From: Candidatus Rokuibacteriota bacterium
GTDB lineage: Bacteria > Methylomirabilota > Methylomirabilia > Rokubacteriales > CSP1-6
Assembly: GCA_003220685.1 (NCBI GenBank)
Contig: QHTE01000056.1
Coordinates: 1,231-65,230, forward strand
Direction: 5' to 3'
DNA length: 64,000 nt
Below the pieces are notes generated by a model that searched no databases, was not told the origin of the DNA, and saw only the letters and a list, made by a program, of their open reading frames with translations. The translations under genes and the position numbers were made by a program. Of this stretch, positions 9,093 through 18,914 are shown piece after piece (the first letter of the stretch is position 1; the number at the start of each line of letters is the position of its first letter).

Positions 9093-9929
9093 GTGAGCAG
9101 AGTCTGCTGGGGAATCTTTCGCGAGGCGACCCACTCGCCGGGCCGAGAGTCCGACGACACCGAGATTTTGAGGCTGACCGGCAAGCACCTGGAAGCGAAA
9201 GGCTTCCACGTCGAGCTCAAGACGGCCGACGAGGTCACTGAGAACGCGGACAGCTGGCCGCGCTTCGTCTTCCTCATGTGCGAGCGTCTGGAGGTGCTCG
9301 AGCGGCTTCGTGCCCTCGAGGTGGGCGGCGTGCCCCACGTGAACACGCCGCGGGCCGTGCACAACACCTATCGTGACCGGATGATCGCGGTGCTCGACGA
9401 GGCCAACGTGCCGTTCATCCCGAGCCGCGTCCTCGCCACGAGCGAGGCCCCCGAGCCGTGCTCGCTGCCGGTCTGGGTGAAGCGCGGCGACGTCCACAAC
9501 ACGCAGGAAGGCGACGTCGTGCTCGCGTCGGCCGCCGGCGACGTCGAGACCGCGCTCCGCGGGCTCGCCGTGCGCGGCATCGAGCGCGCCGTCCTCCAGC
9601 CGCACGTCGAGGGCGACCTGATCAAGTTCTACGGCATCGGCGCCGGCGGCGGCCCGCATCGCGAGCCGCCCTGGTTTCGCTGGTTCTATCACAAGGACCA
9701 GAAGCTCGCCGGCCATCCGCTGGATCAGCGTCAGCTCGCTCGGCTCGTCCGCCGTGCGGCGGCCGCGCTCGGTCTCGAGGTGTACGGCGGCGATGCGATC
9801 GCGACGGCGACGGGCCAGCTGGTGCTCCTGGACGTGAACGCATGGCCGAGCTTCGCGCTCTACCGTGACGAGGCGTCTGCGGCGATCGCGTCGTACCTGG
9901 CCCTTCGATTCTCGGGAGGCAAGCGTTGA
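9093..9929 (+). CDS. ATP-grasp fold protein with ITPK1-like motifs
   Basis: NTYRDRM, PVWVKRGDVH, VLQPHVEGDLIKFY, LGLEVYGGDAI...LLDVNAWPSF. Confidence 0.75.
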   Translation: MSRVCWGIFREATHSPGRESDDTEILRLTGKHLEAKGFHVELKTADEVTENADSWPRFVFLMCERLEVLERLRALEVGGVPHVNTPRAVHNTYRDRMIAVLDEANVPFIPSRVLATSEAPEPCSLPVWVKRGDVHNTQEGDVVLASAAGDVETALRGLAVRGIERAVLQPHVEGDLIKFYGIGAGGGPHREPPWFRWFYHKDQKLAGHPLDQRQLARLVRRAAAALGLEVYGGDAIATATGQLVLLDVNAWPSFALYRDEASAAIASYLALRFSGGKR

Positions 9930-11254
9930 CCAAACGACGTGAGGTGGGACCGCGCTCGCAGCAGATCGTCGCTCAGGAACGAAAGCACCTCGCCTCCGGC
10001 TCCCAGGGGTTCTCGCTCTACGCGGGGCTCGCGATGGCGCGCGGGGTCGACTGCACCCTGATCGACGAGGACGGCAACGAGTACATCGACTTCATCGCCG
10101 GCATCGCGGTCGGGAGCATCGGCCATTGCCACCCGCACTACGTCGAGGCGCTCAAGCACCAGGTCGAGCGGCTCACCTTCGGCAGCTTCACGACCGAGAC
10201 GCGGGCCAAGTTCCTCGACCTGCTCGGCTCGGTCACGCCCGAGGGGCTCACGCGCATCCAGATGTTCTCGGGTGGGGCCGAAGCGGTGGAAGCCGCGCTG
10301 CGGCTCGCCCACGCCGCCACCGGAAAGGCCGAGGTGCTCGGGTTCTGGGGCGGCTTCCACGGCAAGACCGGCGGCGTGTTGCCGCTGCTCGGCAGCGAGT
10401 TCAAGCACCATCTCGGGCCGTTCATGCCGGGCCGCCATCTCGCGCCCTACGCTGACTGCTACCGCTGCCCGCTCAAGCTCAAGTATCCGGACTGTGGGAT
10501 CGCCTGCGCCGACTTCGTGCGCGACGTCATCCGCTATCAAACGGCCGGCGAGATCGCCGCGATCATCGTCGAGCCGATGCAGGGCACCGCCGGCAACGTC
10601 ATCCCGCCCGAGGGATTCCTGCGCGCGGTGGCCGGGATCGCGCGAGAGCACGGCGCATTGTTCATCGCGGACGAGATGATCACCGGCTTCGGCCGCACCG
10701 GCGCCATGTGGGGCTCGGACCACGAGGGCGTGGTGCCTGACATCATGACGGTCGGCAAAGGCGTGGGCGGCGGCTTTCCGCTCGCGTGCGTGATCTCGAC
10801 CGACGCGCTCACGGCCGCGAAGCCGTGGTCGAACCCGAGCGCCAGCTCGTCCAGCTACGGGGGTAATCCGCTCGCCTCGGCCGCCGGCCTCGCCGCGCTC
10901 GAGATCATCCTGAAGGAAGACCTGGTCAAGAACGCCGAGCGCGTCGGCAAGGTGATGCTCGGTCGGCTCGAGGCGCTCAAGGAGAAGTACCGGTGCGTCG
11001 GCGAGGTGCGCGGGCGCGGCCTCATGCTCGGCATCGAGCTCGTGCGCGACCGGACGACGAAGGAGCCGCTCCCGAAGACGGTGACGCAGGCGCTCTACCA
11101 GGAATGTCTCCGCCGTGGGCTCGTCGCGATGACCTACACGCCGTCGGTCCGCATCAACCCGCCGCTCACGATCAAAGAGGACACGGCGCTGGCGGGGCTC
11201 GCGATCCTGGACGAGGCGCTCGAGGTGGTCGTGAGAGATCACGGGCTCCGATAG
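9926..11254 (+). CDS. Class III PLP-dependent aminotransferase
   Basis: DEDGNEYIDF, GAEAVE, GGFHGKT, EPMQG, IADEMITGFGRTG, PDIMTVGKG (PLP Lys), SYGGNPLA; TTGA overlap with the upstream gene. Confidence 0.93.
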   Translation: MTKRREVGPRSQQIVAQERKHLASGSQGFSLYAGLAMARGVDCTLIDEDGNEYIDFIAGIAVGSIGHCHPHYVEALKHQVERLTFGSFTTETRAKFLDLLGSVTPEGLTRIQMFSGGAEAVEAALRLAHAATGKAEVLGFWGGFHGKTGGVLPLLGSEFKHHLGPFMPGRHLAPYADCYRCPLKLKYPDCGIACADFVRDVIRYQTAGEIAAIIVEPMQGTAGNVIPPEGFLRAVAGIAREHGALFIADEMITGFGRTGAMWGSDHEGVVPDIMTVGKGVGGGFPLACVISTDALTAAKPWSNPSASSSSYGGNPLASAAGLAALEIILKEDLVKNAERVGKVMLGRLEALKEKYRCVGEVRGRGLMLGIELVRDRTTKEPLPKTVTQALYQECLRRGLVAMTYTPSVRINPPLTIKEDTALAGLAILDEALEVVVRDHGLR

Positions 11255-11255
11255 G

Positions 11256-12287
11256 ATGCAGCGCGGCGCGATCATCGGCCTGGGCAACGTCGCCCTTCAC
11301 GGCCACCTGCCCGGCTGGCGCCGCCGGCGCGACGTCGAGATCGTCGCGGTCACCGATGCGCGGCCCGAGCAGCAGGCCCTCGTCTCGGCCCATGCGCCCA
11401 CAGCCCGCTGGTACCCGACCCCGGCCGAGCTCCTGGCCGAGGCCGCCGTGGACTTCGTCGACATCTGCACCCCGCCGAGCAGTCACGCGCCGCTGATCCG
11501 CCTGGCGCTCGAGCGCGGCCGGCACGTGCTCTGCGAGAAGCCGCTCGTCAGCGCCCCCGACGATCTGGCGCCGCTGGCGCGTCTGGCCGAGAAGACCGGA
11601 CGTGTGCTCCACACCGTCCACAACTGGCACCACGCTCCGATCGTGCGCCGTACGGCGGAGCTGATCCGGGACGGCCGGATCGGCCGGGTCGAGCACGTGA
11701 TCTGGCACACTCTGCGTACCCGGCCGGCCGCGGCCGGCGACGAGCGCACCGGGAACTGGCGCGTCGATCCGGCCATCGCGGGCGGCGGCGTCCTCTCCGA
11801 TCACGGCTGGCACGTGTTCTATGTCGTTCAACGCTGGGTCGGCCAGCCGCCGCTGTCGGTGAGCGCCCGGCTCGAGCGGCGGCGGTACGCCGCGTGGGAC
11901 GTCGAGGACACCGCGACGGTTCGCGTGACGTACGCCGGGGCGACCGCCGAGATCCTGTTGACGTGGGCGTCCGAGGTCCGCCGGAACTGGGCCGAGGTCG
12001 GCGGGAGCGCGGGCATGCTCGAATTGCACGACGACACGCTCGTGCTGAAGAGCGGCGGGCCCGCCGCGGATGCCTCCTGGCCGTGTCCGCCGCCGATGTC
12101 GGACGGCTCGCATCACCCGGACTGGTTCGCCGCGGTCGCGAGCCAGTTCCTCGCCGAGACGACCGGCGCAGCGCCGCGCGGGGTGAACCTCGCCGAGGCG
12201 CGGCTCTGCGTGGCGCTCGAGCACGCGGCGCGCGAGTCGAGTCGACAGAAAGGCCGCGAGATCTCCGTCGCGGGAGCCCGGATCTGA
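11256..12287 (+). CDS. Gfo/Idh/MocA-family NAD(P) oxidoreductase (family of inositol dehydrogenases)
   Basis: IIGLGNVA, HVLCEKP, GGGVLSDHGWH, VEDTA. Confidence 0.92.
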   Translation: MQRGAIIGLGNVALHGHLPGWRRRRDVEIVAVTDARPEQQALVSAHAPTARWYPTPAELLAEAAVDFVDICTPPSSHAPLIRLALERGRHVLCEKPLVSAPDDLAPLARLAEKTGRVLHTVHNWHHAPIVRRTAELIRDGRIGRVEHVIWHTLRTRPAAAGDERTGNWRVDPAIAGGGVLSDHGWHVFYVVQRWVGQPPLSVSARLERRRYAAWDVEDTATVRVTYAGATAEILLTWASEVRRNWAEVGGSAGMLELHDDTLVLKSGGPAADASWPCPPPMSDGSHHPDWFAAVASQFLAETTGAAPRGVNLAEARLCVALEHAARESSRQKGREISVAGARI

Positions 12288-13468
12288 CGACCGCGGTCGC
12301 CGTGTCCGTCCGGTCGGCGGAAAGCCTGCTGCTGGTCGTGCCGCCCGAGCCCGGAACGGCCACCAGCGTGTCGCCGGGCATCGTGGTGGCCGGGCTTCCG
12401 CTGCTGCGCCGGATCGTGCTTGCCGGCTCGCGCGCCGGGTTCTCGCGCGTCCTGGTCCAGATTAGCCATGGCGACGCCGAGCGCCTGCTCGGCGGAACGG
12501 CGGCCGGCGCCCTGAGCGGCGCGCGCCTGCCTGACTCGCGGCGGCGGATCGTGATCCTGCCGGCGAACGTGGTGCCCCAGCCGCGATGGCTTCGCGCCCT
12601 TCGCGAGGCCGAGATCGAGCCCGAGCGCCTCTACGCCGACGGACAGCTGGCCGCGGTCGTCGATACCGACGATCCCGCGGGCGTGCTCGAAGCCGCGGTG
12701 CGGTGCCGGGACGTCGGCGAGCTTCTGGCGACCTTGCGCGGCCGGTTCGACGAGGCCAAGCTCGACGTCGACGAGACCGGGCGGTTTCCGATGACGGAGA
12801 CGGCCGACGCCAAGAGGGCGGAAGCGTGGCTCCTGCGCAGCCTGATCAAGCAGCGCGAGGGTTTCATGTCGCGCCACTTCGAGCGGAAGATCTCGCTGGC
12901 GATCACGCGCCGGCTGGCGGTCACGCGCGTCACGCCCGACGTCATGACACTCGTGAGCGTAGCGATCGGGCTGGTCGGCGCCTCATTCTTCCTGTCGTCG
13001 TCGCCCGTGTACCAGCTCGCCGGGGCGCTCCTGTTCCTGGCCCATTCGATCCTCGACGGCTGCGACGGCGAGCTCGCGCGGCTCAAGTTCATGGAGTCGT
13101 CCCGCGGCGCCGTCCTCGACTTCTGGGGCGACAACGTCGTCCACGTCGGCGTGTTCGCGTGCATGGCGCTCGGCCTGAGCCTTGCCCAGGAAGCGACGTG
13201 GCCGCTCGCGCTCGGCGCGGTCACGGTCGTCGCCACGCTCGGCGCCGCGGCGTGCCAGTCGCGCGCCATCATGCTGGACACGGCCGTCGGTGCCGACGCC
13301 AGTTGGATCGCGCGCTTCGCCGAGGCGTTCTCCCACCGCGACTTCATCTATCTGGTGATCGCCCTGTCGGCCTTTGGGAAGGCCCACGTGTTCCTGATCC
13401 TGGCGTCCATCGGAACGCCAATCTTCTTCGGTCTCCTTCTCTGGGTCGGGGCGCGGCGGCGCGCCTGA
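12284..13468 (+). CDS. CDP-alcohol phosphotransferase with degenerate N-terminal nucleotidyltransferase-like domain (IPCT/DIPPS-like architecture)
   Basis: LDGCDGELAR...GAVLDFWGD signature; EGFMSRHFERKIS..VTP; N-terminal VAGLPLLRRIVLAG. Start uncertain (CTG 12284 overlapping the upstream TGA, or GTG 12302). Confidence 0.85.
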   Translation: MTTAVAVSVRSAESLLLVVPPEPGTATSVSPGIVVAGLPLLRRIVLAGSRAGFSRVLVQISHGDAERLLGGTAAGALSGARLPDSRRRIVILPANVVPQPRWLRALREAEIEPERLYADGQLAAVVDTDDPAGVLEAAVRCRDVGELLATLRGRFDEAKLDVDETGRFPMTETADAKRAEAWLLRSLIKQREGFMSRHFERKISLAITRRLAVTRVTPDVMTLVSVAIGLVGASFFLSSSPVYQLAGALLFLAHSILDGCDGELARLKFMESSRGAVLDFWGDNVVHVGVFACMALGLSLAQEATWPLALGAVTVVATLGAAACQSRAIMLDTAVGADASWIARFAEAFSHRDFIYLVIALSAFGKAHVFLILASIGTPIFFGLLLWVGARRRA

Positions 13469-13475
13469 GCTCGCG

Positions 13476-15047
13476 GTGGCGGGGTTCGTCGAGGTCCTTC
13501 TCCGAGGGCTAGCCCTGTGCGGGCAGGCGGTCGCCATCGGCGGCGTGCTCTTCGCGCTGATGCAGCTGCGTCCAACGCTCCCGGAAGGCGCGCCCGCTCG
13601 CTCGCGCCTGGCGAGAAGTCTCGCGCTGACGGCCATCGGGGTGGCGGTCGTCGCCGCCGCGCAACTGCTCTCCCTGGGGGTCCAGCTCTCGGTCCTCGCC
13701 GAGGCGGGCTCCGGCTGGCCCATCGCCGAGGTCGCGCGCACGAGCTTCTTCCGCGCCGGCGCCGTGCGGATCCTGGCCTGCGCGGGGCTCGTGGTCGGGT
13801 GCCTGGTCCTGGCGAGGCACCCGGATCGGCGGCGCTGGTGGATCGCGCTCGCCGCGCTCACGGTGCTCCTGGGCGTCGGCAGCGCGTGGACGAGTCACGC
13901 CGCCGGCCGCCTCGGGCCGCGAGCCGGGCTCCTGATCCTCGATGCGCTGCACCAGCTCGCCGCCGGCGTGTGGATCGGCGGCCTTCTTCATCTGACTCTC
14001 GTCGCGTCCACACGCGCCGAGGCCGGGTGGTCGGCGGCGTTGCTCAAGCGGTTCTCGGCGACGGCGTTCGCGTCCGTGGCGCTTCTGATCGTCGCCGGGG
14101 TGGGGCTGAGCCTGTCCTACGTCGACGGCGCGAGCGCGCTCCTGGGCACCTCGTACGGCAGCATGATTCTCACGAAGAGCGCGGTGCTCGCCGGGCTCGT
14201 CGTCCTGGGCGCGGCGAACTTCGTCGCGGTGCGACGCCTGCCGGAAGGCTCGAGCGTCTCGATCCCGCGGCTTCGGCGCTTCGTCGAGGTCGAATTCGGC
14301 CTGGGGGCGACGGTCCTGTTCATCGCCGCCTCGCTGACGTCGCTGCCCCCCGCGAGTGACGTCGTGGCCGACCGCGCCTCGTTCGCCGAGGTCAGCATCC
14401 GATTCACGCCGCGCTGGCCTGTCTTCACCTCGCCGAGGATCGCGGACATGCCGGTGGACGACCGCAACGCGCCGCGCACGGACGCTGACCGCGCGTGGTC
14501 GGAGTTCAATCATCACTGGGCCGGTATCTTCGTGCTCGTCATGGGGTTGCTGGCCCTCGTGCACGCCACCGGTCGAGTCCGCTGGACGCGCCACTGGCCG
14601 CTGGTGTTCCTCGGCCTCGCGGGCTTCTTGCTCGTCCGCAACGACCCCGGCGCCTGGCCGCTCGGGCCGCTCGGCTTCTTGGAGAGCATGCGGTATCCCG
14701 AGGTGCTCCAGCATCGGATCTTCGTGCTGCTGGTCGTCGCCTTCGGCGTCTTCGAGTGGCTCGTCCGGACGGATCGCGTGCGCGTGCACGGTGCGGCGCT
14801 CGTCTTTCCGCTCCTCTGCGCCGTCGGCGGCGGGCTCCTCCTCACGCACTCGCACGCGGGGCTGAACCTGAAGGAGGAGTACCTCATCGAGATCACGCAC
14901 GTGCCACTGGGGCTCCTGGCCATGATCACGGGCTGGGCGCGCTGGCTCGAGCTGCGCCTGCCGTCGGCCGGGCGGCTGCCGGGTCGGATCTGGCCGCTCG
15001 CATTCACCCTGATCGGTATGTCGCTCATCCTCTACCGGGAAAGCTGA
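13476..15047 (+). CDS. CopD-family copper-uptake/resistance membrane protein with His-rich C-terminal membrane domain
   Basis: WTSHAAG, LHQLAAGVWIGGL, KRFS, TSYG..ILTK, LGAAN; C-terminal WSEFNHH, QHR, THSH. Confidence 0.8.
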   Translation: MAGFVEVLLRGLALCGQAVAIGGVLFALMQLRPTLPEGAPARSRLARSLALTAIGVAVVAAAQLLSLGVQLSVLAEAGSGWPIAEVARTSFFRAGAVRILACAGLVVGCLVLARHPDRRRWWIALAALTVLLGVGSAWTSHAAGRLGPRAGLLILDALHQLAAGVWIGGLLHLTLVASTRAEAGWSAALLKRFSATAFASVALLIVAGVGLSLSYVDGASALLGTSYGSMILTKSAVLAGLVVLGAANFVAVRRLPEGSSVSIPRLRRFVEVEFGLGATVLFIAASLTSLPPASDVVADRASFAEVSIRFTPRWPVFTSPRIADMPVDDRNAPRTDADRAWSEFNHHWAGIFVLVMGLLALVHATGRVRWTRHWPLVFLGLAGFLLVRNDPGAWPLGPLGFLESMRYPEVLQHRIFVLLVVAFGVFEWLVRTDRVRVHGAALVFPLLCAVGGGLLLTHSHAGLNLKEEYLIEITHVPLGLLAMITGWARWLELRLPSAGRLPGRIWPLAFTLIGMSLILYRES

Positions 15048-15048
15048 G

Positions 15049-16029
15049 CTGCGCTACTTCCGCGTCTCGCTCCTCGTGCTCGGTGTGGCGCTGCTCGCGG
15101 CGCTGGTCGCCCAGAACGACCCGGCGGTGGTGCTCGCGTCGATTGCCGATCTCCACTGGCGGCTCGGCGTCGTTCTCTTCTTCCCGGCCGTGCTCGTCGC
15201 GCTCTTCGACACGCTCGGCTGGCGTTACGCCTTCCTGCGCGAGGCCGTCCCGTTCCGCGCGCTGGCGTGGGCCCGGCTCGCCGGCGAGGCCTTCAACATG
15301 ACGACGCCGACCGCCGCCGTGGGCGGCGAGGCCGTCAAGGCCTGGCTGCTCCGCGGGTACGCGCCGCTCGACGCGACCCTCGCGTCGGTGATCGTCGCGA
15401 AGACCACGATCACCCTGGGTCAGGGGCTGTTCTTCCTGGTGGGGGTGGTCGTGGCGTGGGAGACGGGACTGACCGGGACGGCGCTCCTCTACGCCATGCT
15501 CTGGTTCCTGGTGATCGAAGCGATCGCCCTCGGCCTGTTCGTGCTGGTCCAGACGCGCGGCATGCTCGGCTGGACGGGGCGGCTGCTCGAGCGGGTCGGA
15601 ATTCGCCCGGCGAGGGTGCAGGAGATGCTCGGGCGCGTGGACGAATCGCTCGGCCGGTTCTACCGGACCGCCCCGGGGCGGCTCGGCCTCTCAATCTGGT
15701 TCCACTTCGTCGCCTGGTTCCTGGGCTCCGTCGAGACGTGGCTCATCCTGAAATTTCTCGGGAGAGAGGTGTCGCTGGCGACCGCGACCGTGATCGAGGC
15801 GTTCGCCACGGGGATCAAGGTCGCCACTTTCCTGGTTCCGGCCAGCCTCGGCGTGCTCGAGGGCGGCTTCGTGGCCACGGCCGCCACCTTCGGGCTCTCG
15901 GCCACCACGGCGATCTCCTTCAGCCTCGTGCGGCGCCTGCGGGAGGCCGCCTGGGTCGCGATCGGGCTGGTGGCCTTCGCCGCAATGCGGCCGCGCCAGT
16001 CCAGGGCCCCTGATCCCCCCCGATCATAA
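15049..16029 (+). CDS. Lysylphosphatidylglycerol-synthase TM / flippase-like membrane protein (UPF0104/HpnL type)
   Basis: GEAFNMTTPTAAVGGEAVK, VPASLGVLEGG, RRLRE; multiple TM helices. Start CTG 15049 or GTG 15076. Confidence 0.85.
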   Translation: MRYFRVSLLVLGVALLAALVAQNDPAVVLASIADLHWRLGVVLFFPAVLVALFDTLGWRYAFLREAVPFRALAWARLAGEAFNMTTPTAAVGGEAVKAWLLRGYAPLDATLASVIVAKTTITLGQGLFFLVGVVVAWETGLTGTALLYAMLWFLVIEAIALGLFVLVQTRGMLGWTGRLLERVGIRPARVQEMLGRVDESLGRFYRTAPGRLGLSIWFHFVAWFLGSVETWLILKFLGREVSLATATVIEAFATGIKVATFLVPASLGVLEGGFVATAATFGLSATTAISFSLVRRLREAAWVAIGLVAFAAMRPRQSRAPDPPRS

Positions 16030-16070
16030 AGACTTTCCCCTGCGCGGTCCGTTGTTAGAATTGGCTCCCG

Positions 16071-17552
16071 ATGAGCTGTAGATGTCTGGCCGGTGTCCTG
16101 CTCGTGCTCGTGCTCGCCTCGGCGGCCTGGGCGGTGCCGCCTTTGCCCATTGTCACGCACGACGGGCGCCCGTACGTCGAGCTGACCCGGGTGGCGGCCT
16201 CGATCCAGACGAAGGGCACACCGCCGGCGCAGGTCGTCGCGACCCCGGCGAGCACGCGAGCGCAGCTACGCGCCGGGGGCAAGGTCGTCACGCTCACGCG
16301 GAACTGGTCGCAGGTGCTGGTCAACGGAAAGCCGGTTGTGCTCGACGCCCCGGTGCGGGTGAAGCGCGGGGTATGGCTGGTGCCCGAGTCCTTCCTCGGT
16401 CGCGTCGTCCCCGCGCTCCTGGCGAGCGCGCCGATCGCCCCGGTGGCCTCGCGCTTGGCGGCCGCGGCGGTCGAGGTCGGCCTGGAGGACGTCAGGGTCA
16501 GATCGTATCCGTCATTCACGCGTATCGTCGTCGAGACATCGGCGGCCGTCACTCACCGCATCGAGTCGAGCGGGCCCAAGGAAGCGCGCGTGCGGCTGGT
16601 CGGCCTCGGGAGCGGGACGAACGCCCAGGAGATCGGCGACGGGCTCATCGCTGAAGTGCGCCTGGATCGCGCCGGGGCAGACGGGATCCTGCGCGTGGTC
16701 TACGAGGGCGCGGCCGGGACGCTCCGCGCGATGACCCTGGCCGATCCCCCGCGCATCGTGCTCGACGTCTCCCGGCCGGTGGACCCGGGCACACGCGAGA
16801 GCCGGGAGCAGATCGCCCCGCTGAAGACGATCGTGCTCGACGCCGGTCACGGCGGCCACGACACGGGCGCCACCGGGCCGAGCGGCCTCATGGAAAAGGA
16901 CCTCGTGCTCGACGTCACCCGCCGCGTGGCCAAGCTCGTCGAGGCCCGCCTGGGGCTCAAGGTGCTCCTGACGCGCGACTCGGACAATTTCGTCACCCTG
17001 CGCGACCGGACGAGCTTCGCCAACCGACAGCACGCCGACCTGTTCGTGTCGATCCACGCCAACGCGCATCGCGAAGCGGCGGCCGACGGGGTGGAGACAT
17101 ACTTCCTGTCGTCGGAGGCGACGGACAGCGCGGCGCGCCAGGTGGCGGCGCTCGAGAACAGTGCGGTCCAGCTCGAGCAGCCGGCCGGACGCGGAGCCGC
17201 CCAGGCGGATATCGTGAAGGCGATTCTCTGGGACCTCGCGCAATCCGAGTTCCAGGTTGAGTCCTCGCGGCTGGCCGAGGTCGTCCACGATTCGATGACG
17301 CAGACTCTGAGGATCTCGAGCCGCGGCGTGAAACAGGCCGGATTCTACGTGCTCGGCGGCGCGGCGATGCCGGCGATCCTGCTCGAGATCGGCTTCGTCA
17401 CGAATCCCAGGGAAGAGCGCAAGCTCAAGGACACGAAGTACCGGGACGAGATCGCGCGCGCCATCTTCGCCGGCCTCGCGGAGTACAAGCGCACGTGGGA
17501 CCAGCGCGCGCGGGCGGCGGCCGAGACACGCGCCGTCACGCGAACGCGCTAA
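16071..17552 (+). CDS. N-acetylmuramoyl-L-alanine amidase (Amidase_3 with AMIN-like domains)
   Basis: Signal peptide; [36 protein letters not shown]; extended -10 TGtTAGAAT just upstream. Confidence 0.93.
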   Translation: MSCRCLAGVLLVLVLASAAWAVPPLPIVTHDGRPYVELTRVAASIQTKGTPPAQVVATPASTRAQLRAGGKVVTLTRNWSQVLVNGKPVVLDAPVRVKRGVWLVPESFLGRVVPALLASAPIAPVASRLAAAAVEVGLEDVRVRSYPSFTRIVVETSAAVTHRIESSGPKEARVRLVGLGSGTNAQEIGDGLIAEVRLDRAGADGILRVVYEGAAGTLRAMTLADPPRIVLDVSRPVDPGTRESREQIAPLKTIVLDAGHGGHDTGATGPSGLMEKDLVLDVTRRVAKLVEARLGLKVLLTRDSDNFVTLRDRTSFANRQHADLFVSIHANAHREAAADGVETYFLSSEATDSAARQVAALENSAVQLEQPAGRGAAQADIVKAILWDLAQSEFQVESSRLAEVVHDSMTQTLRISSRGVKQAGFYVLGGAAMPAILLEIGFVTNPREERKLKDTKYRDEIARAIFAGLAEYKRTWDQRARAAAETRAVTRTR

Positions 17553-17556
17553 CGCG

Positions 17557-18288
17557 ATGCCACGCCCCGACGGCCGCGCCCCGGACCAGCTCCGTCCCGT
17601 CACGATCACGCGCGACTTCCTCCTGCATCCGGAGGGCTCGGTCCTGGTGGAGTTCGGCGCGACGAAGGTCATCTGCACCGCGTCGGTCGAGGACAAGGTG
17701 CCGCCCTTCCTCAAAGGACAGGGCCAGGGCTGGGTCACGGCCGAGTACGCGATGCTTCCCCGATCCACCAACACGCGGACCCCCCGCGAGAACCGCGGGC
17801 CGAGCGGGCGCTCGCAGGAGATCCAGCGGCTCGTCGGCCGAGCGCTGCGGGCCGTCATCGATCGAAGCAAGATCGGCGAGCGCACCGTGTGGGTGGACTG
17901 CGACGTGATCCAGGCCGATGGCGGCACGCGCACGGCGGCCATCACCGGCGGCTTCGTCGCCGTGGCCGACGCGATCTCGCGCGCGCCCAGCCTGCAGCCG
18001 ACGGCGGCGATCCGCGACTGCGTCGGCGCGATCAGCGTCGGCATCGTTCACGGCCAGGCGGTGCTCGACCTGAACTACGTGGAGGACTCGAGCGCCGAGG
18101 TCGACATGAACGTCGTCATGACCGGCGCCGGCGAGTTCGTCGAGGTGCAGGGAACTGCCGAGCAGGTGCCGTTCGGCCGCGCCCGGCTCGACGCGCTCCT
18201 GGCGATCGCCGAGGGGGGCATCCGTCGCCTCGTCGCGCTCCAGCGCCGCGCCCTCGAATCGCGTGCCGAGCGCGTCTTCAAGCTCTAG
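17557..18288 (+). CDS. rph: Ribonuclease PH
   Basis: [47 protein letters not shown]. Confidence 0.97.
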   Translation: MPRPDGRAPDQLRPVTITRDFLLHPEGSVLVEFGATKVICTASVEDKVPPFLKGQGQGWVTAEYAMLPRSTNTRTPRENRGPSGRSQEIQRLVGRALRAVIDRSKIGERTVWVDCDVIQADGGTRTAAITGGFVAVADAISRAPSLQPTAAIRDCVGAISVGIVHGQAVLDLNYVEDSSAEVDMNVVMTGAGEFVEVQGTAEQVPFGRARLDALLAIAEGGIRRLVALQRRALESRAERVFKL

Positions 18289-18874
18289 AGCGGTTCTCGT
18301 CCTCGCCACGCTCAATCCCGCCAAAGGGCGCGAGCTCCAGGCACTCCTGGGCGACGTGCCGTTCGAGGTCCGGCTGCTGGCCGACGTTCCCGGCGCGCGC
18401 CTTCCCGACGAGACCGGCGCGACGTACGGCGACAACGCGCTCGTGAAGGCGCGGACCGCGGCCGAGCTGACCGGATCGCTGGCGCTCGGCGACGACACCG
18501 GGCTCGAGGTGGACGCGCTCGGAGGCGCGCCGGGGCTCTACACGGCACGCTTCGGCGGGCCGGGACTCGACGACCGGAGACGCTTGGAGCATCTGCTCGA
18601 GCGGCTCCGCGGCGTGCCCCCGGCGCGCCGGACCGCGCGCTTCCGCTGCGTGATCGCGCTGGTGGGCCCGGCGCACGCCGAGAAGGTAGTGGAAGGTGTG
18701 GCCGAAGGCCGGATCGCGGAGGCCCCGCGGGGGAATGGCGGTTTCGGATACGATCCGCTGTTCTTCTATCCGCCGCTTGCCCGGACGTTCGCCGAGCTCT
18801 CCGACGAGGACAAGGCGCGAGTGAGCCATCGCGGCCGAGCCCTCGAGACGGTCAGGCGGCTTCTCCGCGGGTGA
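18263..18874 (+). CDS. rdgB: Non-canonical purine NTP pyrophosphatase (RdgB/HAM1)
   Basis: [40 protein letters not shown]; conserved position after rph; start approximate. Confidence 0.93.
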   Translation: MPSASSSSRAVLVLATLNPAKGRELQALLGDVPFEVRLLADVPGARLPDETGATYGDNALVKARTAAELTGSLALGDDTGLEVDALGGAPGLYTARFGGPGLDDRRRLEHLLERLRGVPPARRTARFRCVIALVGPAHAEKVVEGVAEGRIAEAPRGNGGFGYDPLFFYPPLARTFAELSDEDKARVSHRGRALETVRRLLRG

Positions 18875-18914
18875 TATAGTCGGAGCCGAGCGGACTCGAA
18901 CGCGCGCTGGCCGA

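Noticed and set aside
7328-9367. Long antisense and alternate-frame ORFs (e.g. 7328-9367, 9860-11287, 16512-18044, 28973-31210, 50593-52194, 52357-53880, 62387-63940)
   Set aside because: They overlap well-supported genes, are Arg/Pro/Ala-rich and have no family motifs; expected shadow ORFs in high-GC DNA.
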